From the IMG/VR virus record IMGVR_UViG_3300033997_000210: a stretch of DNA of 64,000 nt; one strand, 5' to 3'. The translations under genes were made by a program, and so were the position numbers. Each line of letters starts with the position of its first letter. Within the stretch, counting starts at the first letter, position 1. Origin of the DNA: an uncultured virus (IMG/VR IMGVR_UViG_3300033997_000210) (Duplodnaviria; Heunggongvirae; Uroviricota; Caudoviricetes). This document shows positions 1-7,835 of the stretch, piece after piece. The notes under the pieces were generated by a model. The model was not told the DNA's origin and made no database searches. It saw nothing but the letters and a program-made list of their open reading frames with translations.

Positions 1-69
1 TTTCAGTGTGTCTTGGCGCCGGCGGGTAGCCGGTTGAGCGCAGGCTCCACTACACTGTAAAGCTGCGCA

Positions 70-146
<77 letters not shown>

Positions 147-148
147 CG

Positions 149-161
149 AATCAGGCACTTA
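149..161 (+). promoter_or_regulatory. IHF site of the att region
   Basis: AATCAGGCACTTA matches WATCAR-N4-TTR. A partner site lies at 48673-48685. Confidence 0.65.
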
Positions 162-202
162 GGATCATCCGCAGTGCCTTCTTCGTCAAGCCAGCGCCGC
201 CC

Positions 203-227
203 GGTGACCGCTCGGTGACCGTTTGTC
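203..227 (+). repeat. Putative integrase arm-type site
   Basis: GGTGACCGCTCGGTGACCGTTTGTC has an identical copy at 48597-48621 and contains an internal GGTGACCG tandem. Confidence 0.75.
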
Positions 228-246
228 TTACGGATTGTCTTACGGA
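223..246 (+). repeat. 12-bp tandem repeat, putative Xis/AlpA or arm site
   Basis: TTGTCTTACGGA x2, adjacent to the arm site. Confidence 0.55.
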
Positions 247-437
247 TAGACCAACTGAACCACCTACGTTGTTCGTATCGCACTCCAATGAGATTGGTTT
301 GGCACTTGCGCTGCGCATGATTAATTGGAACAATCCCGCGTCTTGCTTAACGGAAGTGCTTGCGGCACTTGCAGGCTGTCACGAGTTGAGAGACATTGGC
401 AGTGTGACACCCCACCCACCCCACTTAGGAGTGTGCC

Positions 438-464
438 ATGCGTGAAGTTGTCGGCGGTTTCTAA
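438..464 (+). CDS. Micro-peptide MREVVGGF, copy 1
   Basis: AGGAG SD at 427-431, 6-nt spacer, then ATG CGT GAA GTT GTC GGC GGT TTC TAA. Confidence 0.75.
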   Translation: MREVVGGF

Positions 465-535
465 TCAGCTCTGGATCTACTAGATCCATCAACTGCACAT
501 TGGTAATGAAAGACCAACCCACACAGGAGTGTGCC

Positions 536-562
536 ATGCGCGAAGTTGTTGGCGGTTTCTAA
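536..562 (+). CDS. Micro-peptide MREVVGGF, copy 2
   Basis: AGGAG SD at 525-529, then ATG CGC GAA GTT GTT GGC GGT TTC TAA. Differs from copy 1 only at two synonymous third positions. Confidence 0.75.
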   Translation: MREVVGGF

Positions 563-582
563 CTAGCTTTCCACTCGACAAC

Positions 583-614
583 TTCCGCCCGCTGATTGCG
601 GGCGGAATTATTTT
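583..614 (+). terminator. Intrinsic terminator between the peptide array and the DUF4760-like gene
   Basis: TTCCGCCCGC-tgatt-GCGGGCGGAA 10-bp stem followed by TTATTTT. Confidence 0.75.
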
Positions 615-638
615 AGGGACTTACAGGGGGAACAGGGG

Positions 639-1268
639 ATGTTGTCGTTTGCGGCGGAAGTGCTGAACTCACCAGGATTTAACAGTATCGTTTTGCTTGT
701 AGGCGTATTTGTAGCCCTGCGTCAGCTCAGGATCGCCGAGGACGGGATCAAGTCCCAGCTTCTTGCCGTCAAGCAACAGATTGATGCTTCGAAGTCGGGG
801 CAAGATGATTCGCTTCGCGAATCAAGGTTGATCGCGAAGCGTAAAGAGACCGCTCGTCTTCTTCTTGAAAGCCGGGGAGATGAAAAGCTACAGCGAGGCT
901 GCCGTACTGTCGACCGTTACTACAATAGCTCTGGTGTAAACATCAGAGATCTAGTAAGCATGGACTACAAGCCTCCAAGAGCAGTCGACGAGATTGACGC
1001 GGATTACGATAAGCGCTGCGTAGAAACCTTGTCCGACCGAAACGATATCCTCTACCTTCTTAACCACTTTGAAAATGTGGCTATCTGCGTTGAGCGAGAT
1101 ATTTATTGTCGGGATATGATCGTAGACGCATGGCGAAAGATCATGATCGACGGTTTCCGGCATTCGCGTGCGCTAATTGATGCCATGAGGACGAAGTCGG
1201 CTAATCCAAAGATTTGGGAAAAGTTCCAGCAGTTCACGCAAGAACTTGAGCGTGAGTCTCTTGGCTGA
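639..1268 (+). CDS. DUF4760-like membrane-anchored protein (moron)
   Basis: N-terminal TM helix (SIVLLVGVFVAL) and the motif ILYLLNHFENVAICVERDIY typical of DUF4760. Lower GC and opposite strand relative to flanking phage genes. Confidence 0.75.
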   Translation: MLSFAAEVLNSPGFNSIVLLVGVFVALRQLRIAEDGIKSQLLAVKQQIDASKSGQDDSLRESRLIAKRKETARLLLESRGDEKLQRGCRTVDRYYNSSGVNIRDLVSMDYKPPRAVDEIDADYDKRCVETLSDRNDILYLLNHFENVAICVERDIYCRDMIVDAWRKIMIDGFRHSRALIDAMRTKSANPKIWEKFQQFTQELERESLG

Positions 1269-1497
1269 GATTAGAAGCCTGACAGTCATCTGATCTACTG
1301 GTTCCTGCCTCCTTTTTCCCCAAGATCCACTTCTGGACCTCACTTTGACACCACCGGCTCCCTGCGCCAATTTTCAAAGCAGTGGGGAAGTTGCCTTTGC
1401 TCATCTCGCGGTAGATATAGCTCTTCTTCATTCCGGTCTGGGCTTCGACCTGCTCGAGCTTCAGCAGGACTTCGGGGATATTCTCAGCTGCGCCCAT
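1234..1497 (-). CDS. AlpA-family regulator / excisionase
   Basis: LLKLEQVEAQTGMKKSYIYREMSKGNFP...SRWCQSEV..WI AlpA signature; last gene of the early-left operon, near att. Confidence 0.85.
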   Translation of the reverse strand: MGAAENIPEVLLKLEQVEAQTGMKKSYIYREMSKGNFPTALKIGAGSRWCQSEVQKWILGKKEAGTSRSDDCQASNLSQETHAQVLA

Positions 1498-1894
1498 CTC
1501 GGGCCTCCGTTACTTCAGTGGTGGGCGCCAACAGCAGCGCAGTGTGCGAATCCGACCGCGCCGTGGACACAAGGTTTGCGATCTGTGTCAGGTCCATGGT
1601 GGGGTCATCGAAAAGGGCGAGGCCGATCTGGGCCGTCAGCCGCTGGGTCGCCGTCTCCGCCAGCGACGCCTGCGTGTCGATGGTGGCGAGGGTATATGCG
1701 CGCCAGGCATCGCACGCGGCCTGCAGCTGCGGCTCACCGGCAAATGTGAAGGTCAATGCGCGGCCGCCGCCGCTGGCGGGGCGCGTGCTGGTCAGGGCGG
1801 TTTCGAGCGCTGCTGCAACCGCTATGGCCGCGCGCTGCTGGTGGATCAGTGGCGACCGCTCGCCCGCGGCGGCCTTGATGTGCTCAACGGTCAA
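1484..1894 (-). CDS. Hypothetical phage protein
   Basis: Coupled ORF in the early-left operon. Confidence 0.65.
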   Translation of the reverse strand: MTVEHIKAAAGERSPLIHQQRAAIAVAAALETALTSTRPASGGGRALTFTFAGEPQLQAACDAWRAYTLATIDTQASLAETATQRLTAQIGLALFDDPTMDLTQIANLVSTARSDSHTALLLAPTTEVTEARDGRS

Positions 1895-2463
1895 TGTGAT
1901 TTCTCCTTCGTATGCTCATCGATTGACTTACGCATCTGCGCAATTCGGAAACCCCACTCGTCCCTTTCCCGCTTGCCTTCACGTTTCAACGCTTGCTCCA
2001 GTCGGTCGAGCAGCGGGAGAACCCAGGACGGATTGAACGGCTGGGGTTTCAGCGCGATCGGCGCCGGTGGCTTGGGTGGGTTGCAGTACGGATCGGCCCA
2101 ATCGAAGGGGTCGTTACAAACGGTGCAGTGGGTTCGGTCCGCCGACCAGATGTGATCCCGATTTTCCCCAGCCTTGCGGACCTCGTGGAGCAACGGCTGG
2201 GTATAAAGAGCCCGGACCTGTTCGCCAGCTGCAAGGGCTCGGTACCACTGCCTTTCATCGATCTGATACCAGAACGATCCGCCCCATTGCTCGAGCCTGA
2301 CGGCCCGCTGCTGACCGAACAGACGCATCAGCGTGGTGGCCCATCGATTCACCTGATCGGCCGGCACCGCACGACCGGAGCGGCCTGCTGCTCGCATCTC
2401 GCGCACGGCGTCACTCGCAGTCGGCGGCGGTGCTTTGCTGATGGTCGAGACATCGCCGCTCAT
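1891..2463 (-). CDS. Hypothetical phage protein (CxxC motif)
   Basis: ATGA overlaps at both ends; HCTVCND motif. Confidence 0.6.
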   Translation of the reverse strand: MSGDVSTISKAPPPTASDAVREMRAAGRSGRAVPADQVNRWATTLMRLFGQQRAVRLEQWGGSFWYQIDERQWYRALAAGEQVRALYTQPLLHEVRKAGENRDHIWSADRTHCTVCNDPFDWADPYCNPPKPPAPIALKPQPFNPSWVLPLLDRLEQALKREGKRERDEWGFRIAQMRKSIDEHTKEKSH

Positions 2464-2786
2464 GCTCCGCCCTCGAGCAGCATCTTGGGATCGATGTGCC
2501 ACCCTGCTTCACGAGCAGCACGCAGCCGTAGCTCGTTCGCATCGAACTCGTCCAGCTGCAGCGTTGTGATCGCGCCCTCGACCTGATGCGGCTGCAGGGG
2601 GCGGGACGTCCGGCCGAATGCGCGCCAAACGCTGAATACTTGGCAGCCCCAGGCGGGCGCAAGGCAGGCAAGCTGCTTGCCGTGCTCCCGGCAGTGGCGG
2701 CGGATTATGTCGCGCGCTGTTACGTGCGCGGGCGCCGGGCCGCGAAGAGCAGCGCGGATAGATGCGGCGTTGCGTCCTGGGCTCAT
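2460..2786 (-). CDS. Hypothetical phage protein
   Basis: ATGA-coupled to the methylase stop codon. Confidence 0.6.
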   Translation of the reverse strand: MSPGRNAASIRAALRGPAPAHVTARDIIRRHCREHGKQLACLAPAWGCQVFSVWRAFGRTSRPLQPHQVEGAITTLQLDEFDANELRLRAAREAGWHIDPKMLLEGGA

Positions 2787-3964
2787 GCGACGTCTCCAAA
2801 CGAAAGGCCAGGTTGGGCGACCCGGATGCGCGCCTCGGCGATCGCGGCGTAGACGGGATCCTGCTCGATGCCGACGAACTGGAAGCCTTCGAGTACTGCG
2901 GCCTTGCCGGTGCTGCCGCTTCCCATGAAAGGATCCAGCACCAGGCCGCCGGCAGGGGTCACCAAGCGGCACAGGTAGCGCATGAGATCGGTCGGCTTGA
3001 CGGTCGGGTGGTGGTTCCGGTTCCGCGCCCGCCAGTCGGCAGTCTCGCGATCGCGCATCGTCGCGCCAGCGGAGACCGTAGGATCCGGGCCAGCATCTAG
3101 GCCGTCGTTGCGGTCTTCACGGCTGGCTTTGGCGCAGTAGAAGAACCTCGCCGCACTGCCGGCATCGATACGGCGAGCACCTGGCCGCATTTTGAAACCA
3201 ACGGCTCCTTCATTCGCGCTGTTCCGGCTGGCTTCGCCATTTCGGGGCAACGGGCCGCCCTCATAGACGGTCGAGAATCTGGCACTCCCTTTGTCGTTGC
3301 TGAGGGTGGCCTTCTGCCCAGGCGCTGCAGGAAAGGCGGCGAGAACCTCCGCGCTGCCGTCATGGATCAGATTGGCAGGCCAGCGGCCAAGCTCTTCAGC
3401 CTTGGCAACGCTTTGCTCTCCACGAGCATGGGCAGCTGAGAGTGCATCCGGATCATGCTTCCAAGGCCGGTCCCATCCATCAGCTGTTGAGCTTATGCGA
3501 CCGCCGCCAAGGGCGTCGCCGCCTGCATCTATCCGGCATTGATCCACGTGCAGGCCGCCCGTGCCGTGCTGCTGCCAGGTAGCGGCAACCGTGCCGACCA
3601 GCGGCTTGCGGGCGACCGTGATCGGTTCGAGCGCGGGCTTCAGCGCAGTACCGCCCCAGGGGCCGTTGTGCGACTTCGGGAAGCCGCTGCCGTAGACCCA
3701 CGCGATCATGTCGCGGATCTCGAAGCCGGCGTCCTCGATGCGCACGGCCATGCGGTGCTGCGTGCGGGTACCGGCGAAGGCCAGCAGGTGGCCGCCAGGC
3801 TTCAACACGCGCAGGCACTCGGCCCATATCTCGGTGCTGGGCACGTCGTAATCCCAGCGCTTGCCCATGAACGACAGGCCGTAGGGTGGATCGGTCACGA
3901 TGGCGTCGACCGAGTTGTCGGCCATCCCGCGCATCACTTCGAGGCAGTCTCCGACGTGGATCAT
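2783..3964 (-). CDS. DNA N6-adenine/N4-cytosine methyltransferase (beta class)
   Basis: TDPPY near the N-terminus; HPTVKP and LDPFMGSGSTG near the C-terminus. Confidence 0.92.
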   Translation of the reverse strand: MIHVGDCLEVMRGMADNSVDAIVTDPPYGLSFMGKRWDYDVPSTEIWAECLRVLKPGGHLLAFAGTRTQHRMAVRIEDAGFEIRDMIAWVYGSGFPKSHNGPWGGTALKPALEPITVARKPLVGTVAATWQQHGTGGLHVDQCRIDAGGDALGGGRISSTADGWDRPWKHDPDALSAAHARGEQSVAKAEELGRWPANLIHDGSAEVLAAFPAAPGQKATLSNDKGSARFSTVYEGGPLPRNGEASRNSANEGAVGFKMRPGARRIDAGSAARFFYCAKASREDRNDGLDAGPDPTVSAGATMRDRETADWRARNRNHHPTVKPTDLMRYLCRLVTPAGGLVLDPFMGSGSTGKAAVLEGFQFVGIEQDPVYAAIAEARIRVAQPGLSFGDVA

Positions 3965-4110
3965 GCGGCCACCCTCCGCCAGCACCAGCGTAGCCCGGCG
4001 CGCGCGGCGCGGCATGCGCGGCTGATCGCCCACAGGGTGGCGATGCCGGCCAGGAACCCGACCATGGCGAACACGTGGACCATTGCAGCGGTGAGCAGCT
4101 GGTCAGCCAT
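3961..4110 (-). CDS. Small membrane protein, 49 aa
   Basis: Hydrophobic MADQLLTAAMVHVFAMVGFLAGIATLW; overlaps both neighbours. Confidence 0.55.
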   Translation of the reverse strand: MADQLLTAAMVHVFAMVGFLAGIATLWAISRACRAARAGLRWCWRRVAA

Positions 4111-4474
4111 TGGTCGGCTCCGGCTCGCTTCTTGCGTGGGTGTCGGCCTCATGCAGTAGGCGCAACAGGCCCTCCATATCAAGACTGGCAGCTGGAAGTC
4201 CCAGGTGGGCGGCGATCTGATTCCGCTTCCCCTCAGCCTGCTCCAGATAGTCAACGCGGCCCCGAAGGTCTTTGAGCGTCTGCAGCCACTTGCGCATGCT
4301 GTGGTGACCGTTGGTGTCATTCCGCCAGTCGCGCCTGCCGTCTCGATACTCGGTGACGTGCTCCACCACATCGATGGGTAGAGTGTGCAGGTGCGCGCTT
4401 ACGTCGGCCTTGGCCCTTTTGATCGCCTCATCCAGCGACTCGGTAGCCTTGCTCTTACGGCTGAACCAGCTCAT
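4103..4474 (-). CDS. Hypothetical phage protein
   Basis: MSWFSRKSK start, ATGA-coupled to the upstream gene. Confidence 0.6.
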   Translation of the reverse strand: MSWFSRKSKATESLDEAIKRAKADVSAHLHTLPIDVVEHVTEYRDGRRDWRNDTNGHHSMRKWLQTLKDLRGRVDYLEQAEGKRNQIAAHLGLPAASLDMEGLLRLLHEADTHARSEPEPTNG

Positions 4475-5574
4475 TTGCCCACCGCCTTGCCGTCGATCAG
4501 GGCCAGCAGGCGGCTTGCTTGCGAATAGATCACTCTGGAATGCGGCTGCTTCTCGGCGCTGAACGCAAATTCCTCGCCAAACTCTGCCAGCGCGATGAAC
4601 TGCCCCAGGTCCACAGCCTTCGCGGGCGGGCCGTCGTAGAGCGGTCGCCATCCATTTCCGTCATGGCCGAGGCCGCGCATGGTTGCGTACTCAGCGGCAC
4701 ATACGAACTCGTTTCCGTCCGTGTACGCCACCGGCTCCCCCACCGGCTGGCGGGCGGCGAGGGCTTCTTCCAGCTCCTCGATCCTGTCGTCCTGCTGCAG
4801 GGCGCGGCCCGCGATCTTCTCGGCGACCTCGACCTGCCGATTAAACGAGTCCAGCAGCTTGTCGTAGTCCTGTTGCAGCGCTGCCAGCGCATCCTGACCA
4901 CCCGGGGAGGGCTGGGCGGAGAGGCAGTAGCGCTCATCTTTTGCCATCGCTGCCAGTGCCTGCTGCAAACCTTCTTCGCTGATCGTGTCGCCTTCGCACT
5001 TGTCGATCAGGTACGCAGGGAAGTTCTCCCACGGGAAGGCCACACCCACCGGCTGTCGGGCGGCGAGGGCTAATACCACGTCCTGAGCGAACGCCAGCAA
5101 GCCACCACGGTCCAGCAAGCGCACGCCGTCTTCCCGGCTTTCCTCGGCATGCACATCGGCCAGTGACAGAACGCGGTCCAGGTCCAGCTCCACTCCCTGA
5201 CCAATCGGGGAGGGCTGGGCGGATAGTTCGCTCAGAACTTGAGCTGCAATGCGGCAGTCGCGGGCACGGTCAGCCCACTCGGCAAGCCCAGTTGGCATGT
5301 AGGTGCTGAGCCGGTGTGCAACCTCGCCGATGCTGCCGGATAGCCATTTCAGATCAACGTCGCCGTGATATGCCACCGGGGAGGGCTGGGCGGAGAGGGC
5401 GGCGACGGCTGCACGCACGGCATGGCGGCGTGCGATGCCTTCGAACGGCAGACCTGTTGCGCCTGCGGAATACGCATCAGCCAGAATGGCGTCGATCTCT
5501 GGCCAAGGTTGATCCCCCAGCCTCACTCTCCCACCGGGCTGCGCGTCCGCCAGGGTTGTCTTGTCGTTGCTCAT
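4471..5574 (-). CDS. Modular early phage protein with LSAQPSP and LAARQPVG linker repeats
   Basis: Start MSNDKTT coupled to the upstream stop; three LSAQPSP and two LAARQPVG motifs. Confidence 0.7.
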   Translation of the reverse strand: MSNDKTTLADAQPGGRVRLGDQPWPEIDAILADAYSAGATGLPFEGIARRHAVRAAVAALSAQPSPVAYHGDVDLKWLSGSIGEVAHRLSTYMPTGLAEWADRARDCRIAAQVLSELSAQPSPIGQGVELDLDRVLSLADVHAEESREDGVRLLDRGGLLAFAQDVVLALAARQPVGVAFPWENFPAYLIDKCEGDTISEEGLQQALAAMAKDERYCLSAQPSPGGQDALAALQQDYDKLLDSFNRQVEVAEKIAGRALQQDDRIEELEEALAARQPVGEPVAYTDGNEFVCAAEYATMRGLGHDGNGWRPLYDGPPAKAVDLGQFIALAEFGEEFAFSAEKQPHSRVIYSQASRLLALIDGKAVGK

Positions 5575-5786
5575 GCCTGCATGTCCTTGCTGTTGGTGGA
5601 GCGCGCGCTGTGCGCGGCGAGGTGTTCCCAGCGTTCGGCTTCGCCCACGTAGTAGTCGTGTCGTTCCTGGCGGACGGCGGCGGTGAACTGCGCGTCGGTC
5701 AGTGCGCGCTCGGCGGCGGTGCGGTTTGCCGCTGCCATGCGGGCGGGGTCGTGGTCGAAGATGTCGAGCTGGTTGCGGTGGTCCAT
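5571..5786 (-). CDS. Hypothetical phage protein
   Basis: 71-aa ORF, ATGA-coupled to the next gene. Confidence 0.55.
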   Translation of the reverse strand: MDHRNQLDIFDHDPARMAAANRTAAERALTDAQFTAAVRQERHDYYVGEAERWEHLAAHSARSTNSKDMQA

Positions 5787-5804
5787 GGAGCCGCCGGCGG
5801 AACG

Positions 5805-6050
5805 TCAGCGAAGTTGTATGCGCGGCCAGAGCGCCGGCATCTGCCGTTGCCACGATGCGTAGCCAACCCGGATGCCGTTCTTGAGCGAGCGCTGCAGGGT
5901 CTGGCCGAACTGCACGCGGAGCGAGAACCAGCGACACGGGTGGGCAGCAACTGCCGCCGCGTACCGCTGCAGCCTCTCTTCGGGCGTTGGTGTGGCCGTG
6001 CTGACGATCACCGCGTCCAGGCCGCCGCCGATCGGATGCAGGCCGTCCAT
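5805..6050 (-). CDS. Hypothetical phage protein
   Basis: TGATG coupling at 6048-6052. Confidence 0.5.
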   Translation of the reverse strand: MDGLHPIGGGLDAVIVSTATPTPEERLQRYAAAVAAHPCRWFSLRVQFGQTLQRSLKNGIRVGYASWQRQMPALWPRIQLR

Positions 6051-6244
6051 CAGCGCACCAACCTGTGCAGGTTCGGCGCGACGCGCTGGCGCTGCTCTTC
6101 CGCCTCGCGCTGACGCTGAGCGCTCGCCTGGTGCGTGCAATAGACGCGGTAGGGATGGCGGCGCGGGCGCTTCGCGCGCTCCAAGGCCGCGCGCTGGTCC
6201 GGCGTCAGGTCAGGGGCCGGGAGTTTGATTGCGGGAGCCCTCAT
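6050..6244 (-). CDS. Hypothetical phage protein
   Basis: Coupled 64-aa basic ORF. Confidence 0.55.
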   Translation of the reverse strand: MRAPAIKLPAPDLTPDQRAALERAKRPRRHPYRVYCTHQASAQRQREAEEQRQRVAPNLHRLVR

Positions 6245-6465
6245 CCAGCACCGCCTTGTGCCCGCAGCATGCGGCGGAGATTCTTGCGCACATCAGCGAT
6301 GGCTCGGCCGGCGCTGGCGCGGCGCTCAAGCACCGCGCGCGCGGCAACGTCAGCGGCTGCGGCGACCAGGTTCGGGGCGAAGCCCATACCAGTGGCGGCC
6401 GTAGCAGCTGCCTTGGCGGCGACGGCGGCGCGCTGGGCGAGGGGGTAGGTGATGGCGGCGATCAT
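6241..6465 (-). CDS. Ala-rich hypothetical phage protein
   Basis: MIAAITYP start, ATGA coupling. Confidence 0.55.
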   Translation of the reverse strand: MIAAITYPLAQRAAVAAKAAATAATGMGFAPNLVAAAADVAARAVLERRASAGRAIADVRKNLRRMLRAQGGAG

Positions 6466-6746
6466 GCTGCACCGGCCTGGCTGATCGTGTAGCCACGGCT
6501 GCGGGTGGCATTGATGCGGTAGCCGTGCTGGGCCAGCTTCTGGCGCAGGCGGCAAATGGTCACCTCGACGGTGTTCGATTTACGGCCGGTCACGCCATAA
6601 AGGCTCTCTTCCAGCGCGGAGCGGCTGATCGGGGTGTCACCCGCGTTGATGATCAGCTGCAGCACCTTAGATTCGGTGGGGCTCAGGGGCAGGCGCTGTG
6701 CGCCGATCATCGCGGCGCGTGGTTCAGTACGGAGGCCGGTGATCAC
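6462..6746 (-). CDS. Stand-alone OmpR/PhoB-type winged-helix protein
   Basis: LSPTESKVLQL...ISRSALEESLY...SNTVEVTICRLRQKL...INATRSRGY; GTG start; no receiver domain. Confidence 0.8.
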   Translation of the reverse strand: MITGLRTEPRAAMIGAQRLPLSPTESKVLQLIINAGDTPISRSALEESLYGVTGRKSNTVEVTICRLRQKLAQHGYRINATRSRGYTISQAGAA

Positions 6747-7258
6747 GGCGCCACCTCCACGAAGGCCAGTTCGTGCATGACGCACTGCGCCCGGGCCAGC
6801 ACCGGGGAGGTGCTCGCCTCTTTGCCGTCTGCGGTCGACAGGGGGACAACCGCATTGGCCCGGACGCATGCCGCCGGGGAAATCTCATAGGAGCCGCTCA
6901 GGACGGCATCGGCCGCGTCGAGGGAAAGCTGCCAGCGCGCCGGCTCGAAGTTCTGCGTCAGCGCCGCAGTGACGCCTGCCGCACAGTCGGGCACCCGCTC
7001 CGCATCACGGAAGGCATTGAGGGTCGTGTTGGCGACGGTGGCACGCAGTGCCCAATCGTCCCCGGTGGCCAACTCATACACAGCCAGTGCGGCGCAGATG
7101 CGGGGGCTGGTGATCACCAGCCCGTCCGGCGTGTTGTCGGTAGCCGCAGCGGGTGCATCGGTTGGCGTGGCCCAGGCAATCACGCCCAGGGCGGTGAAGC
7201 ACGCCAGGGCGGCCAGGCCGACGCGGGCGGTGCGCTTGGTGCTTAGGGTCAGGGGCAT
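6743..7258 (-). CDS. Exported protein, possibly a divergent SleB/Hydrolase_2-like protein
   Basis: N-terminal signal/TM segment. ICAALAVYELATGDDWALRATVANTTLN resembles the CLAxAIYxEAxGE...AVAxVILN pattern. Confidence 0.5.
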   Translation of the reverse strand: MPLTLSTKRTARVGLAALACFTALGVIAWATPTDAPAAATDNTPDGLVITSPRICAALAVYELATGDDWALRATVANTTLNAFRDAERVPDCAAGVTAALTQNFEPARWQLSLDAADAVLSGSYEISPAACVRANAVVPLSTADGKEASTSPVLARAQCVMHELAFVEVAP

Positions 7259-7259
7259 G
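7205..7259. repeat. 55-bp direct repeat, copy 1 (copy 2 at 7836-7890)
   Basis: 54 of 55 positions identical; the two copies flank the + strand moron. Confidence 0.9.
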
Positions 7260-7328
7260 AACTCTCTCCGGTTCGGGAAAGGCACAGGGCGCTATGCTCT
7301 GCGCCAAGGACTCTTAGGGGGCAGAGGG

Positions 7329-7805
7329 ATGGGAGCTGTTGGTTGGATGGGCTACGTGACGTTCGCCATCGCGCTGCTCGGCGCGGTCCTTGGTGTGATC
7401 AACACCGTGATCGCCTACCGCCGTGGAGCCGTCCGCTGGAAGGTCATTCCGCGCTTGCAGATGGGTAAGAACGGCGCGCTCGAGCTCTTTGTCGATCTCG
7501 TAAACACCGGGCGCATACCCGTGTCGATCGAAAAGGTGAGCTTGGCCGGGGGTGTGAAACTTCAGACGCGGTCGGAAGGGCTCACGGACAAGAACGGGCA
7601 CCCAGGTTTTCCGCTCCTGCTCAATCCTGGCAAGAAGCGGGCAATCGGCCCGGTGCACGGCGCCACACTCAATGAAGTAGCGGTGCTCAAGCCGATCACG
7701 ATCGTGGCCGAGACCGAGGATGGCCGCTGCATCAAGGTTCGCTGCACCGGCCTGCGTGAGCTCTACATGCAGCTCGAGGCTGCAAAGACGGAGCCAGCGG
7801 CGTAG
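7329..7805 (+). CDS. Single-TM moron protein, 158 aa
   Basis: N-terminal TM (YVTFAIALLGAVLGVINTVIAY) followed by a beta-rich domain; antisense to the early-left operon. Confidence 0.7.
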   Translation: MGAVGWMGYVTFAIALLGAVLGVINTVIAYRRGAVRWKVIPRLQMGKNGALELFVDLVNTGRIPVSIEKVSLAGGVKLQTRSEGLTDKNGHPGFPLLLNPGKKRAIGPVHGATLNEVAVLKPITIVAETEDGRCIKVRCTGLRELYMQLEAAKTEPAA

Positions 7806-7835
7806 TACCGGCGGGAAAATCAGCCACCAAGGCCT

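Noticed and set aside
306..397. Sigma70 promoters for the peptide array (TTGCGC-17-AACAAT and TTGCAG-17-GACATT)
   Set aside because: Both are weak matches and cannot be distinguished without TSS data, so neither is listed as a feature.
427..562. CRISPR-like mini-array interpretation of the 38-bp repeats
   Set aside because: Only two non-palindromic repeats with a 60-bp spacer, no cas genes, and the SD/ORF structure explains the conservation better.
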